From Eledone cirrhosa (lineage: Eukaryota): a stretch of DNA of 64,000 bases. Made by a program: the position numbers and the translations under genes. The notes below the pieces were generated by a model. That model was given only the letters and a program-made list of their open reading frames with translations. It ran no database searches and had not been told where the DNA came from. Of this stretch, positions 28,601 to 38,734 are shown piece after piece. The DNA is taken from positions 22,878,001 to 22,942,000 of the forward strand of contig OZ024750.1 in NCBI GenBank assembly GCA_964016885.1, given 5' to 3'. Each line of letters opens with the position of its first letter. Within the stretch, counting starts at the first letter, position 1.

Positions 28601-31600
28601 AGAATTTGAACATAAAAACATAATGATGGAATAAAACTTACTTTTGTTATTTTGCTTTTTTTTATATGCTCAGTGCTGAAGTTTGGTGGTGTTTTCTCAA
28701 AGCACTGGTTGCATATATATATATATACACACACAGTTATTTTTATCATTGTTGTAATGGCACTAACATTACACATCGAGTGGAGTATCATTGCTTCATT
28801 TCTTTCCAAACCTTCACTCATCTTCTGCATTTGAGGCTTATATGTGTGAGTGTGTTAGAGTACACACATGTATTACTCTATTACATGTTCCAGCTGACAG
28901 GCTGAGGTCATGCTGGGGCACCACCATTGTATGCATATAATAATTCTATATTTTGTATTTCTAATGTGAATGTGTGTGTGTTTATATAGCCTGTACCTAA
29001 TGTATGTGTGTAAATATCACTTATTTTTATGATTTTATTTTGATAGGCTGAGGTTGGAAATAGTACACCCCGTGTGTCTGTCTGTGTGTGTGTGTGTGTG
29101 TGTAAGTTCTTTATTAAGGCCAAGCTTGGGCCTTGTTACTCAGGAGTTTTTTCTATGATCTCACTGAGAAAATCCAGAGTAACAAGATTCAAGCTTGGCC
29201 TTAAAGATTATATTAATCACTACTATGATATTGAGTAGACATTCTTGCACTCACCAATACTAAGTGCGTGTGAGTGTATAATTACATAGACATCAAATTG
29301 TTATATATCGCATCACATAAAACATTAGTATCAAGTTGTTACATATCTCATTATATAGAACACAATATCACATTGATATGAAAACACATCTCCAATAAGA
29401 ATATTTCATCAATTCTGTCTCATTTGTCATTCATCTCCAGTAAACATCTCAAATCATTAGATTTAGTCATTATTAAGAAGTTCTTTCACATCTCAGTTGA
29501 AATTATTATTCGCTAATACTGGTTAAAACTAGATGAAGAAATTTTCTGATAGTGTTTCCAGTATTAAAGTAAGGGTAACATTTATATGTTAACAAATATG
29601 CATAATTAACTAATATATGTTTAACCTTCAGCACGCTCTAGGCGCATTGTCGCCAATAGAGTAATCTCCCCTTAATACATAATGCAATGTCTAGCGCGTT
29701 AAAGGTCAATGTATCTGTAACTACTTAGAGATTATAATTATCTCCTGTTTTTCTATAATTTCTCAGTCTCTTTAAGATAATTTCATTAAAAAATCTGTTG
29801 ATATTTTGTAACTTGCATGTTTGGTGTTGGTGACAATTTATCTGGTGGTGGTGACAACTTATCTGGTGGTGGTGACAACTAATGTAATATTTGGAAACAT
29901 TTACTGTGTGTATTCAGTTTAGAATATCCCTGCATTTCGTAAAAAGCAACTAAGTGGGTAGGTACCTGTAAGGAGTTCCAGCTATAAAACATTGTCTCAA
30001 AGGGGACTCCATGATGAGTATGAAGTTTGTTATGAGGCCCAAAACGCTAATCCTGTTGTAGCAGAGAAAATGAGTGTTGTTGTTATTAATTTGAAAACAT
30101 TGCCCTTATTTAACTGTTATAAGGTAAGATAATAAATGAAAATTATTGTTGATATTTATTTGTGAATAAGGAAATAAATTAATTATGTTAATTTATTCAA
30201 ATGGCTGAGTGGATAGAATATTGGACTACATACTCATGGTTCACAAGTTCAAATCTGGTAATTTGTGTTTCTGGACAGAATATTTTACATTACTTATTCC
30301 ACCTTGCTGTCAGGAATAAGTACCAGATCAATTTGGTTAAGTTTCAGACCTCTGCCCACCAATCAGTCCACTTAGCTGTCAGCTATATGAACCTGATCAA
30401 TGTAATTCAATCTCAGACCATGGTCCACCTAGCTGTCAGGAATAGGTTCCACATCAATATGGTTTGGTCTCAGACCACAGTCTACCAATCAGTCTGCCCA
30501 GGTACTAAATCAGTATGCTTAAGGCTTAGGCCACAGCCTACCTATTAGTTCATGTAGCTGTCAGTAATAGGTACTAGTTCAATATGGTACTGTGTGGTTT
30601 AAACCTCTCCTGTAAAGATTTTGTTCCCTACAAAATTTAGGTGGGTACAAAATAATATTTGATGAAACTTGTGAGTATTAGGTAATATTTTATAAAATAA
30701 TTCAGAGACGTCTTTTGCATGAAAGACAATGGTTAAGTTAGTATTAACATGTTTAATTCAGAAAACATTAAAATACTAACTCAAAATAATTAAGAATATT
30801 AAATATTTATGCATTAAATATATTTATACTAGCATAACTATTTATCTGTCTAAGTACATAATTATTTCTAGTTAGCTTTTTAACACTGTGAGTACCGGTG
30901 TTGTTTTTGATATTTTACTGTCCCAAGTTGGGATTAGTTTTTGCATTTACTAAAAATTAAATAAAGGTGGTATATTATAAAATTTGCTTTATTTATTTTG
31001 TCTGAACCTATACTTTATATACTTAACTAAAGCATACAAGTATGTCTTTGGCACACAAGGGGTGGGAAGTAAGTTTTTGACATTAACTCTTTTGTTATCA
31101 TATTTCTAATGAAAAGGTTTTGAATATATTCATTAGTAATATACCTTTTTCATAAGCTTGTGTTTGGAACATAAATTATTGAAGTTTCTTACATAAAATT
31201 ATAAGATTTTGAGATAAATATAAACATTTAAAAATAAACGGTTTTAAAATTATGGAACCAGGAGTGGTTTCAGGTGGTTTGCTGTCAGAGGGGTTAAATA
31301 TATTAACACTAAATTAACTATCTATCTGTCTAACCACTAAATTATTTTTAATTAGCTTAGCTATTAAACTTTTTTGATAGCAACTGCCCAAAACTGGTTC
31401 TGGTTCTATGAAGCAAAATGACCCATTTTAAATGGTTCTTGTTTAAACTAAGATCTTCCAGCATAATTTTATATAAAAATATTTTGTTATGTTACAAATA
31501 CCATTTTAATAATGATATAAATAATAATTTTTCAATAATTAATTGAAATAGAACATATTTCATTAGCAAAATGGTAATGAATGGCTTAATGCTTCATATA

Positions 31601-34600
31601 TATTAAATATGTTAACTAAATTATATCTAATTAACTCTTTAATGTCCTATGTATTAGATATTAAATTAACCAATATTCTATAAAATCTAATGATGCTCCA
31701 TCATGGCCAATTTGTAAATTGGTTTGTGCCAAATAAAGAATCACATTTATTCGAATTATTCAAAGTTTTGTATTCAATTGTTACAAACAGGAAGAGAGAA
31801 AAGAAAAAAAGGAGGGAGGGTAGAGAAAGATAAATAAATAAAAGCTGTGAACACAGAGGGGTCAAAGTCCACACATTTGGCTGGATGGTACATCTCAACT
31901 GTGTCCTGTAGACAAGATAGCAAAAGAATTGCTGTAGAGAACAACCAGCAATTCTTTTGCTATAAGATGTTCCACCTCATGGGACTACTTCCTCAAGCAC
32001 TTCTTCCAATTTTGCAGAGAAAAACAACAGCCTGGAGACTAAAGACACCAGAGGTCTTGATGTTAACTGGCAAAAAAAAGGGGAGTGGTTGGTCAAAGCA
32101 TGGTATTTAGCTGCCTTACATTTCTCTGCATTATGAGTGACAGTTCTATGGATTTGTAACTGAAGCACTGAGATTGATATTGGAGAACCTATTGTAACAT
32201 GTAGCATCTCAGGATTATTTTGTCTGGGCACCTACCTTCACTGCAGTCAAGAGAGTTTAAGAAAGGGGAGTTAACAGTTAATCTTCGTCTTGGCAATACA
32301 AAACACCTTCAGAAAATTCTGATGAGTTTTTAAAGTTAAAGTCTCCTTGAGCTTAGAGGCACACCAGGCCAGATCTTGCCTTGGCTTTAAGAGGAATTAA
32401 ACAACAGAACAGCTTTAAATAGTAGGTGAAGACATTCTTAATCTTTTCTTTACCATATTTTTAATGAAAGACACTGTCTGATATTCAAATAATTTTGAAA
32501 ATAATTTAGAATTTGGAGGGATTTAATAATATAACTAACTTGCTTAATATTAAGTTCTTGAGTAACACACTTCATCTCATGTTACTTTTCATGACTGGAC
32601 TGGGGCCCACTATCATTAAATCACCCAAGAAACCTCCTATGAGATACAGCCTCATAGGAGACCTGCATAGTTGTGAGCTGTAAATTTAATTTTTTCCATT
32701 TACCTGGAATTCTTATTAACCCTGAAAGAAGGAATGGCTAAGTCAACCTTGTTAGAATTATAAAATATTTAAATAAGATTTAAACAGATATGGTTGCTAC
32801 TTCAGTTATCCATAGTTTACGTTGTCACTCTTGAAACTTTAAAATATAGTAGATCCTTTGGTAATGAACATTTGTATTAACGAATGATCTTCTGGAATGA
32901 ATTTGATTTGTTATTAAAGAGTCCACTGTATATGATATTGATGAGTCAAGTTCCAATCTGTGATAATGTAGAAAGTTCTAAATTGATCTGTAAATTTTCC
33001 TTACAGTATTTATTTGTGTATAATATGACTTGTGTATTATACAACCTCTGTTTCCGAAGAAAAATGTAAATAAATTACATCCTTATGTATAATTTGATGC
33101 TGGAGTACAGTTATGACTATGTAAATATTTTTGTAAACTTGTATCATGTTATCCATCAAAATATTGATCTCACATATATATTTTACTATAATATTCAGTG
33201 GATGTTTAACATTTTATAAACAATTGTTATAATCACATATTTGTAGTCTTGCCATTTGAAATTAATATTTTTAAGCTTAGTAAAAATTTCTGAAACTGTA
33301 TTTATGTATTATAATACAACCCCATATTTTTGCCTTCAATTTTGTCCAAAATTTCTTGTATTATACATGAGAAAATATGGTATGTTGTATTGATATTACT
33401 TGTATTTTATCTAATCTAATCTTGTTTAGCCCAAAGTTAGCCTTGATCAAGTAGACCTATGATCAAAAGAGTTTCAACTTTGACCATCCCCATTAAAATT
33501 TTGTATTTTTTTTCAGACAGTATTTCTAGTGATATATTATCCAATATGTCTTTCTATTTTTAATGCTTTCAGTACTATATTTCTAACAAGTTACACTGCT
33601 TAGGATTTTTAAACCAATCAAGAATTTGGTGGGGTTTAGTAATATAACTAATTTTCTCAGTATTAAGTTGGTGTTTGGGGCATAACATAACAAAGGTTCT
33701 TACATAAAATTGTGATGTAAAGTTTTTAGATAAATATAAAAACTTTAAAATAAACTGTTTTTGTATCATAGAACCAGGGATGGCTTGGTGTCATGAGGGT
33801 TGAATAGTAGGATGTTATTTGAAAGGGATTTGGCTATTATTTCTAGCAGTTTGAATGACTGTATAAAAGTTCTCTTGTAGGTTTGTTTTATCAAAATTAT
33901 TCAATGAAGGAAGAAGAGTTACTCATTGGTTGACTTACATTTTAGGGGGCCCTAAATCTTGAATAGGGCAATAGTTGATTCTGGGGCCCCTCTGAGGTTA
34001 GGATCACTGAAAGTTAACTTTCATTAGTTTCATAGCAGTCTTACCATTGGAGTTGTACTTGTTTGGCAAATGACTTGATCTGAAAGCATTTGTTGAAAAT
34101 AAAGTAATTATATTATGGAAGAGTCATTTTAGTCAGTTACACTTTTTGGCAAATGACTTGATCTGAGACTCTGTATTAAAACTATGGCAATCATATCATG
34201 GAAGTCATTTTAGCCATTCAAAAATCATACATGCTGTTAAATTAAAATTAATTTTACATTTATCATTTATTTCTTGGCTTTAATGGAATTTTTGCAGAAA
34301 CTACACAAGTAGTCACATATCAAGCTCTGTACATGGTTTTGTCAACATGAATATTTGGAGAATAGGGTTCTATGAGTGTGAGCCGCAGTGAGCTTGGTCT
34401 ACATTCTTAATATGGCGAAGGAAGCTATGAATTCTTATTCAATGAGGGCAGGGCTAGCCTCCCACCTGCAAGTGTTGTCCTTCCTGGGGATTTTACTTGA
34501 TGATATATTTGTATTATTTATCTTGGTTTTCTTCTATTTCCAGAAATACAAACCCTTCAAAGGAGTCAAGTATGTGACGAAAGCTGGAAAATTCCAGGTG

Positions 34601-34609
34601 AGGACATGA
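321..34609 (+). CDS. AP3M1: AP-3 complex subunit mu (AP3M1/AP3M2 orthologue), 5'-partial; join(321..445,754..913,1285..1398,1953..2026,12783..12888,13167..13325,14844..14894,16542..16610,34544..34609)
   Basis: Nine GT-AG bounded exons with consistent phases (924 nt, 307 aa + stop). Translation [26 protein letters not shown]...[19 protein letters not shown]...[48 protein letters not shown]...[21 protein letters not shown] matches the known mu3 sequence. The N-terminal exons lie upstream of the window. Confidence 0.97.
754..913 (+). CDS. AP3M1: AP3M exon ([53 protein letters not shown])
   Basis: aacag acceptor, gtgagt donor; contains the mu-chain IPWRR signature. Confidence 0.95.
1285..1398 (+). 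CDS. AP3M1: AP3M exon ([38 protein letters not shown])
   Basis: tttcag acceptor, gtaagt donor; LSGMP and FHPCV motifs. Confidence 0.96.
1953..2026 (+). CDS. AP3M1: AP3M exon ([24 protein letters not shown])
   Basis: tttcag acceptor, gtaagg donor; SFVPPDG.F.L signature. Confidence 0.95.
2325..2421 (+). mobile_element. 5'-truncated SINE with 13-bp TSD, inside a family B MITE
   Basis: TSD attattaagcttg at 2312 and 2422. Confidence 0.9.
3311..4165 (+). mobile_element. Non-autonomous Helitron-type element
   Basis: 5' (GTCT)n head, 3' hairpin cccgaacaacgccggg followed by CTAG|T; homologous to 49579..50740. Confidence 0.8.
6647..6854. mobile_element. piggyBac-like MITE family A
   Basis: TTAA|CCCTTTAGCATTTA ... 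TAAATGCTAAAGGG|TTAA. Confidence 0.85.
7067..7164 (+). mobile_element. 5'-truncated SINE with 14-bp TSD
   Basis: TSD attattgatacctc at 7053 and 7165. Confidence 0.9.
7445..7970. mobile_element. MULE-like MITE with long TIRs
   Basis: About 110-bp imperfect TIRs (GGCTTAACTACAGTTTA / TAAACTGTAGTTATGCC); 9-bp flanks gtttttact / ttttttact. Confidence 0.7.
9424..9775 (-). mobile_element. CR1/L2-clade LINE 3' fragment
   Basis: Same family as 15640..16118; a short tail-only copy lies at about 13372..13465. Confidence 0.85.
11514..11725. mobile_element. piggyBac-like MITE family A
   Basis: TTAA TSD, CCCTTTAG TIR, homologous to 6647..6854. Confidence 0.8.
11994..12330 (+). mobile_element. Second tRNA-derived SINE family (CORE-like centre)
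   Basis: tggcttagtgg A box, gagttcaattc B box, tgtccttgagcaagacactt; related copy at about 2961..3105. Confidence 0.75.
12783..12888 (+). CDS. AP3M1: AP3M exon ([35 protein letters not shown])
   Basis: tttttcag acceptor, gtgagt donor; phase matches the previous exon (aa+t = Asn). Confidence 0.95.
13167..13325 (+). CDS. AP3M1: AP3M exon ([53 protein letters not shown])
   Basis: tttcag acceptor, gtaagt donor, 53 codons. Confidence 0.95.
13760..14630. repeat. 39-bp minisatellite
   Basis: Unit accaataccacatgaggcagtcacacagggtactaacat, intronic. Confidence 0.95.
14844..14894 (+). CDS. AP3M1: AP3M exon ([17 protein letters not shown])
   Basis: tttcag acceptor, gtaagt donor, 17 codons. Confidence 0.93.
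15640..16118 (-). mobile_element. CR1/L2-clade LINE 3' fragment
   Basis: [39 protein letters not shown]2 C-terminus plus (TTA)n tail. Confidence 0.85.
16542..16610 (+). CDS. AP3M1: AP3M exon ([23 protein letters not shown])
   Basis: cctcag acceptor, gtaaga donor, 23 codons. Confidence 0.95.
17407..17605. mobile_element. Fold-back element in (TA)n (probable Penelope-like remnant)
   Basis: 56-bp near-perfect arms 17407..17462 / 17465..17520 plus a tail carrying CTGAAGA on the - strand. Confidence 0.5.
18800..19510. repeat. Degenerate tandem repeat
   Basis: Recurrent ttcacaatgatct...agtaaagatactataaacatttgaattaac blocks. Confidence 0.65.
19986..21495. mobile_element. Cluster of piggyBac-like MITE family B copies
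   Basis: Repeated TTAA|CCCTTTC...catatttctaatgaaa...ggtatcaaaaGGG|TTAA units; first full copy 19986..20221. Confidence 0.75.
22913..23369. mobile_element. Tc1/mariner-pogo-like MITE
   Basis: TIRs ctgtattttttgtgtataata / tattatacacaaaaatacag; related copy at about 33005..33380. Confidence 0.55.
23607..23642 (+). ncRNA. Decayed minimal hammerhead-like motif
   Basis: tctt-CTGATGA-aggactagcatct-GAAA-catt-aaga; gaaacatt could be CpG-decayed gaaacgtt. Confidence 0.35.
24220..25015. mobile_element. Nested and inverted cluster of MITE family B
   Basis: Copies inserted into each other at TTAA; 24716..24952 is in reverse orientation. Confidence 0.75.
26864..27068. mobile_element. piggyBac-like MITE family A nested in a family B copy
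   Basis: TTAA TSD; the flanks continue family B sequence (about 26750..27172). Confidence 0.8.
31087..31293. mobile_element. MITE family B, full copy
   Basis: TTAA flanks at 31083 and 31294; an inverted copy follows at about 31368..31590. Confidence 0.7.
34544..34609 (+). CDS. AP3M1: AP3M last coding exon ([21 protein letters not shown])
   Basis: Polypyrimidine + ttccag acceptor; the peptide is the canonical mu3 C-terminus; TGA at 34607..34609. Confidence 0.97.
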   Translation, partial: KYKPFKGVKYVTKAGKFQVRT

Positions 34610-34829
34610 TATCTTCTAGTGGAACTTGACTGACACAATTTCCTTTGATGTTGAAAGACTCTGAAGTTGGCGGTTGCCGACTGCAAACAGTTCTAAGCAA
34701 GACAACTTCTGTTGTTGTAAGGAGAAGAATAAACAGTTTGGTTTTCTCTTTTCCTCCCAAACACGTAATTTATCGGACCAATGTACAAAATGTGTCTTCT
34801 GCTTCTGTAAGTTCATGGAAGTACAGCAG

Positions 34830-34835
34830 ATTAAA
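34830..34835 (+). promoter_or_regulatory. Candidate AP3M polyadenylation signal (ATTAAA)
   Basis: ATTAAA about 220 nt after the stop, followed by a T/GT-rich tract and then a minisatellite. Confidence 0.35.
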
Positions 34836-34909
34836 GAATTTATCAACACAGACTCTTGTATTTCATTGTATTTATTGAAGTTTTAAAGTTTCCTTAATGT
34901 ACAGCCTCA

Positions 34910-35750
34910 CTAACAAACAATATAAACCATATTGATAATATAAAGCTTCATAATAATAACCAATATAAACCATATTGAAAATGTAAAGCCTCATAACAGC
35001 CGATATAAACCATATTGAAAATGTAAAGCTTTACAATAACAGACAATATAAACCATATTATGTACAGCCTCATAAAAAAACAATATAAACCATATTGATG
35101 ATGTAAAGCTATACAATAACAAACAATATAAACCATATTGATAATGTAAAGCTTTACAATAATGAAAAATATAAACTATATTAATAATGTAAAGCTATAC
35201 AATAAACAATATAAACTATATTGATAATGTAAAGCTATACATTAACAAACAATATAAACCATATTGATAATGTAAAGCTTTACAGTAATGAAAAATATAA
35301 ACTATATTGATAATGTGAAGCTTTACAATAATGAAAAATATAAACCATATTGATAATGTAAAGCTATACAATAACAATCAAATATAAACCATATTGATAA
35401 TGTAAAGCTTTACAATAACAATCAAATATAAACCATATTGATAATGTAAAGCTTTACAATAATGAAAAATATAAACTATATTGATAATGTGAAGCTTTAC
35501 AATAATGAAAAATATAAACCATATTGATAATGTAAAGCTATACAATAACACTCAAATATAAACCATATTAATAATGTAAAGCTTTACAATAACAATCAAA
35601 TATAAACCATATTGATAATGTAAAGCTTTACAATAACAATCAAATATAAACCATATTGATAATGTAAAGCTTTACAATAACAATCAAATGTAAACCATAT
35701 TGATAATGTAAAGCTTTACAATAACAATCAAATATAAACCATATTGAAAT
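34910..35750. repeat. About 40-bp AT-rich minisatellite
   Basis: Unit aatataaaccatattgataatgtaaagctttacaataacaatca. Confidence 0.95.
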
Positions 35751-36050
35751 GGAAAATGAATGAGTATTTCTTTTTTTTCTTATTTCATTTTATCATTGTG
35801 TTGTTTCTATGGAGATCAACTTTGCTTTTCATCCTTTCAAGGGAAATGGTGGCTAATAGGAACATTGGATAGAATGCTTTGCAGTATTTAATTCCAGTGC
35901 TCTGCATTCTGAGTTCAAATCACACTGAGCTCAATTTTGTCTTTCATCTTGAGGTCAATCTTTCCTTTCTCTCTCTGTCTCTTTCTCACACACTCTCTCT
36001 TTCATCAGCTGTGTTCAAACCTGGAGAAGGATAGACTCTACCAGGTTTAA

Positions 36051-36353
36051 CCCTTTAGTATTTACATTATTCTATATATACTATTGTATTTTCATGGTAA
36101 AGGCTTTACTTCACATAACATTTACATTACTCTATATATACTATTGTATTTTCATGGTAAAGGCTTTACTTCACATAACATTTACATTACTCTATATATA
36201 CTATTGTATTTTCATGGTAAAGGCTTTACTTCACATAACATTTACATTACTCTATATATACTATTGTATTTTCATGGTAAAGGCTTTACTTCACATAACA
36301 TTTACATTACTCTATATATACTATTGTATTTTCATGTAAAGGCTTTACTTCAC
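36051..36353. repeat. 60-bp tandem repeat (5 copies) derived from the MITE family A end
   Basis: Starts TTAA|CCCTTTAG; the unit equals the first ~60 bp of 36538..36740. Confidence 0.9.
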
Positions 36354-36537
36354 AAGCAGGATTTGAATTCAGAACACACAGAGCCAGGACAGAAATACCA
36401 ACTCATCCTATCTGAGATTCTAAGAATTCCACCAACCCACTGCAATGGTACATTATTTTATCAACTTCGAAAAAATGAAGATTGAAAGACAAAGTTGACC
36501 TGAGTGGAATTTGAACTCAGAGAGCAAGAAATGTTAA

Positions 36538-36740
36538 CTCTTTAGCATTTACATTATATATACTATTGTATTTTCACGGTAAAGGCTTTACCTCACATAA
36601 TATCGAATCTATGAGATTTTGATATTATTTCTTTTGAGAACAATACCTTAACATCAGTATGAGTGGCCAGCTACGACCGGTTTGAACTGAAAGAGGTGAG
36701 AGAATTCTGGCCAGATACGGCCGGTTTAAATGCTAAAGGG
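36538..36740. mobile_element. piggyBac-like MITE family A
   Basis: TTAA TSD and TIRs. Confidence 0.8.
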
Positions 36741-37516
36741 TTAAGCTGTGAATTGGCAAAGGGAATTCTGCAGAACTTTATCCTTTTGGTAAATTTTTAT
36801 AATTTCTATTTGATATTTTTCCCCACAAAGCAGTCATTTATGGCATAACTTAGTTTAACTGGATTATTATATAAAGAAGTACATTCATAGATTTGGGCTA
36901 TGTTCATTATGTTTATAATAATAATGGTGGTGGGGGTGATTATGATTATGATGATAATATATCTTTGTGGAAATTCTCCTCCCTCACATACTGTTAGTTT
37001 TCATCTACCATCCATTTTCTAATAAAGTGGACTTTACTAAAGGCACTCAAGGCCCAAATGTTAGTGTTGAATCATTGCTTGCTTCACCACTATCCTCTCT
37101 CTCTTTCTCTTTCATAAATACCTAGATGCACATTCATATACAGATAGTTTTTAGCTGTTGTGTGACAGAGTGGAGTCTACTAAAGTCACCTGGAGGCCAC
37201 ATGATCATGTTAACCTATCATTTGCTCCCTACCTTTCTCTCTCCTTATAAAAACATATACTGTGGACTGTGTTAAAAGCATCTCAAGGCCAGGTGATGGT
37301 GTCAAACCATCAATTGCTCTTCACCATCTCTCTCTCACCAGTGGAAGATTAAGCTTGCATGCGACCCCTAGTCTGAAAATTTAATTGGGGTTCTTTGCTT
37401 ATTATGGTGACAAAAAAATTAATTTGGGACTCTTTAAATATTGTGGGATCTCTGACTACAGCTCAGTCAGTCCCCCTTCATCCTTAATCCACCATTGTCT
37501 TATTAACATTCATGTA

Positions 37517-37691
37517 CAGGTAAAATTCCATTACCACGAATACCATTATAACAAATATTTCAGTATAACAAATTTTCTTTTCAATCTCCAGTCACAGCTC
37601 GATGTGTTTTGGTCGATACGTTATAAAGAATTTTTCATTACATTGAATTTTTTTAATACCCTGTGAATTTTGTTATAATGGAATTTCACTG
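37517..37691. mobile_element. pogo/Tigger-like MITE
   Basis: TA|CAGGTAAAATTCCATTAC ... TATAATGGAATTTCACTG|TA. Confidence 0.6.
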
Positions 37692-37758
37692 TATTGGTAT
37701 TTTACATTTAAGGTCTGCTAAGGTAATCCTGGGTGATGGTGATAAATCATCATTCACT

Positions 37759-37790
<32 letters not shown>

Positions 37791-38244
37791 GCATACACAT
37801 TCACATATTGTTAGTTTTCAACCATCATCTACCTTGCAAAAGAGTGGACTGTGTTAAAAGCACCTCAATACCAAATGATAGTGTTAAACTGTCACATCCT
37901 CTCTCTCTTGCTCTCATTCATACATCTATGGGCTATGGGCCCTTAACTCTGGTTTCAGTCATAAGAGCACTGTAGTAATACATGCCAATTCAATCCTAGT
38001 GGAACCCATCCATCTGCAGGTCTGAATACAGCCAAATTCTTCTAGAGAAAGAGAGAGGAAGAAGTACTTGAAGTACTTGACTGATACTTTATTTATCATC
38101 CTCAAAATGGTGAAAGAAAAGTTGACCTCAGCAGGATTTGAGTATAAAGAGATGGAATGAATACCATGAAGCATTCTATCTGATGTTCTAAAGACCCTGC
38201 CAGTTCACTGCCTATCTCTTATACATTCACTTACTGTTAGTTTT

Positions 38245-38482
38245 AAACCATCATCCATCTTGCAACAGAGTAGGCTCTCCAAAAGGCACCCAAAACCATC
38301 ATCCATCTTGCAACAGAGTAGGCTCTCCAAAAGGCACCCAAAACCATCATCCATCTTGCAACAGAGTAGGCTCTCCAAAAGGCACCAAAAACCATCATCC
38401 ATCTTGCAACAGAGTAGGCTCTCCAAAAGGCACCCAAAACCATCATCCATCTTGCAAGAGAGTAGGCTCTCCAAAAGGCACC
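38245..38482. repeat. 48-bp tandem repeat (5 copies) just 3' of the PDZ stop codon
   Basis: Unit aaaccatcatccatcttgcaacagagtaggctctccaaaaggcaccca. Confidence 0.95.
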
Positions 38483-38533
38483 CCAGAGTCGGTGGATGGA
38501 GTTGAACCATCTCTTACTCTCCACCACACACAT

Positions 38534-38734
38534 TTACATATGGGTAGTTTTCAGCTGCCAGCCATCTTCAGTAACCAGAAATGTGAGATAGTCTTGAGTT
38601 TCATCTAGAAAGGCATTAGCTATGTGTGCTGCCATGTCGCTGTGCTGTAGTCCCACCAGACAGGTGTTGTTCACTTCCAACAATATATTACCAACCTTCA
38701 AATCAGTTTTTGAATGAAATGTTGAACCATTTGG
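38534..38734 (-). CDS. PDZ gene last exon (C-half of PDZ + tail, stop TAA)
   Basis: ttttcttttacag acceptor; LKVGNILLEVN motif; 66 codons + TAA. Absent from the ORF track. Confidence 0.9.
   Translation of the reverse strand, partial: PNGSTFHSKTDLKVGNILLEVNNTCLVGLQHSDMAAHIANAFLDETQDYLTFLVTEDGWQLKTTHM

Noticed and set aside
31850-32330. Higher-complexity stretch with short ORFs in the AP3M last intron
   Set aside because: No recognisable motif or consistent splice sites; likely old transposon debris.
34388-34543. N-terminal part of the 73-aa ORF in the track
   Set aside because: Intronic read-through upstream of the true acceptor at 34543.
38205-38533. Repetitive ORFs on both strands
   Set aside because: 48-bp tandem repeat located 3' of the PDZ stop codon.
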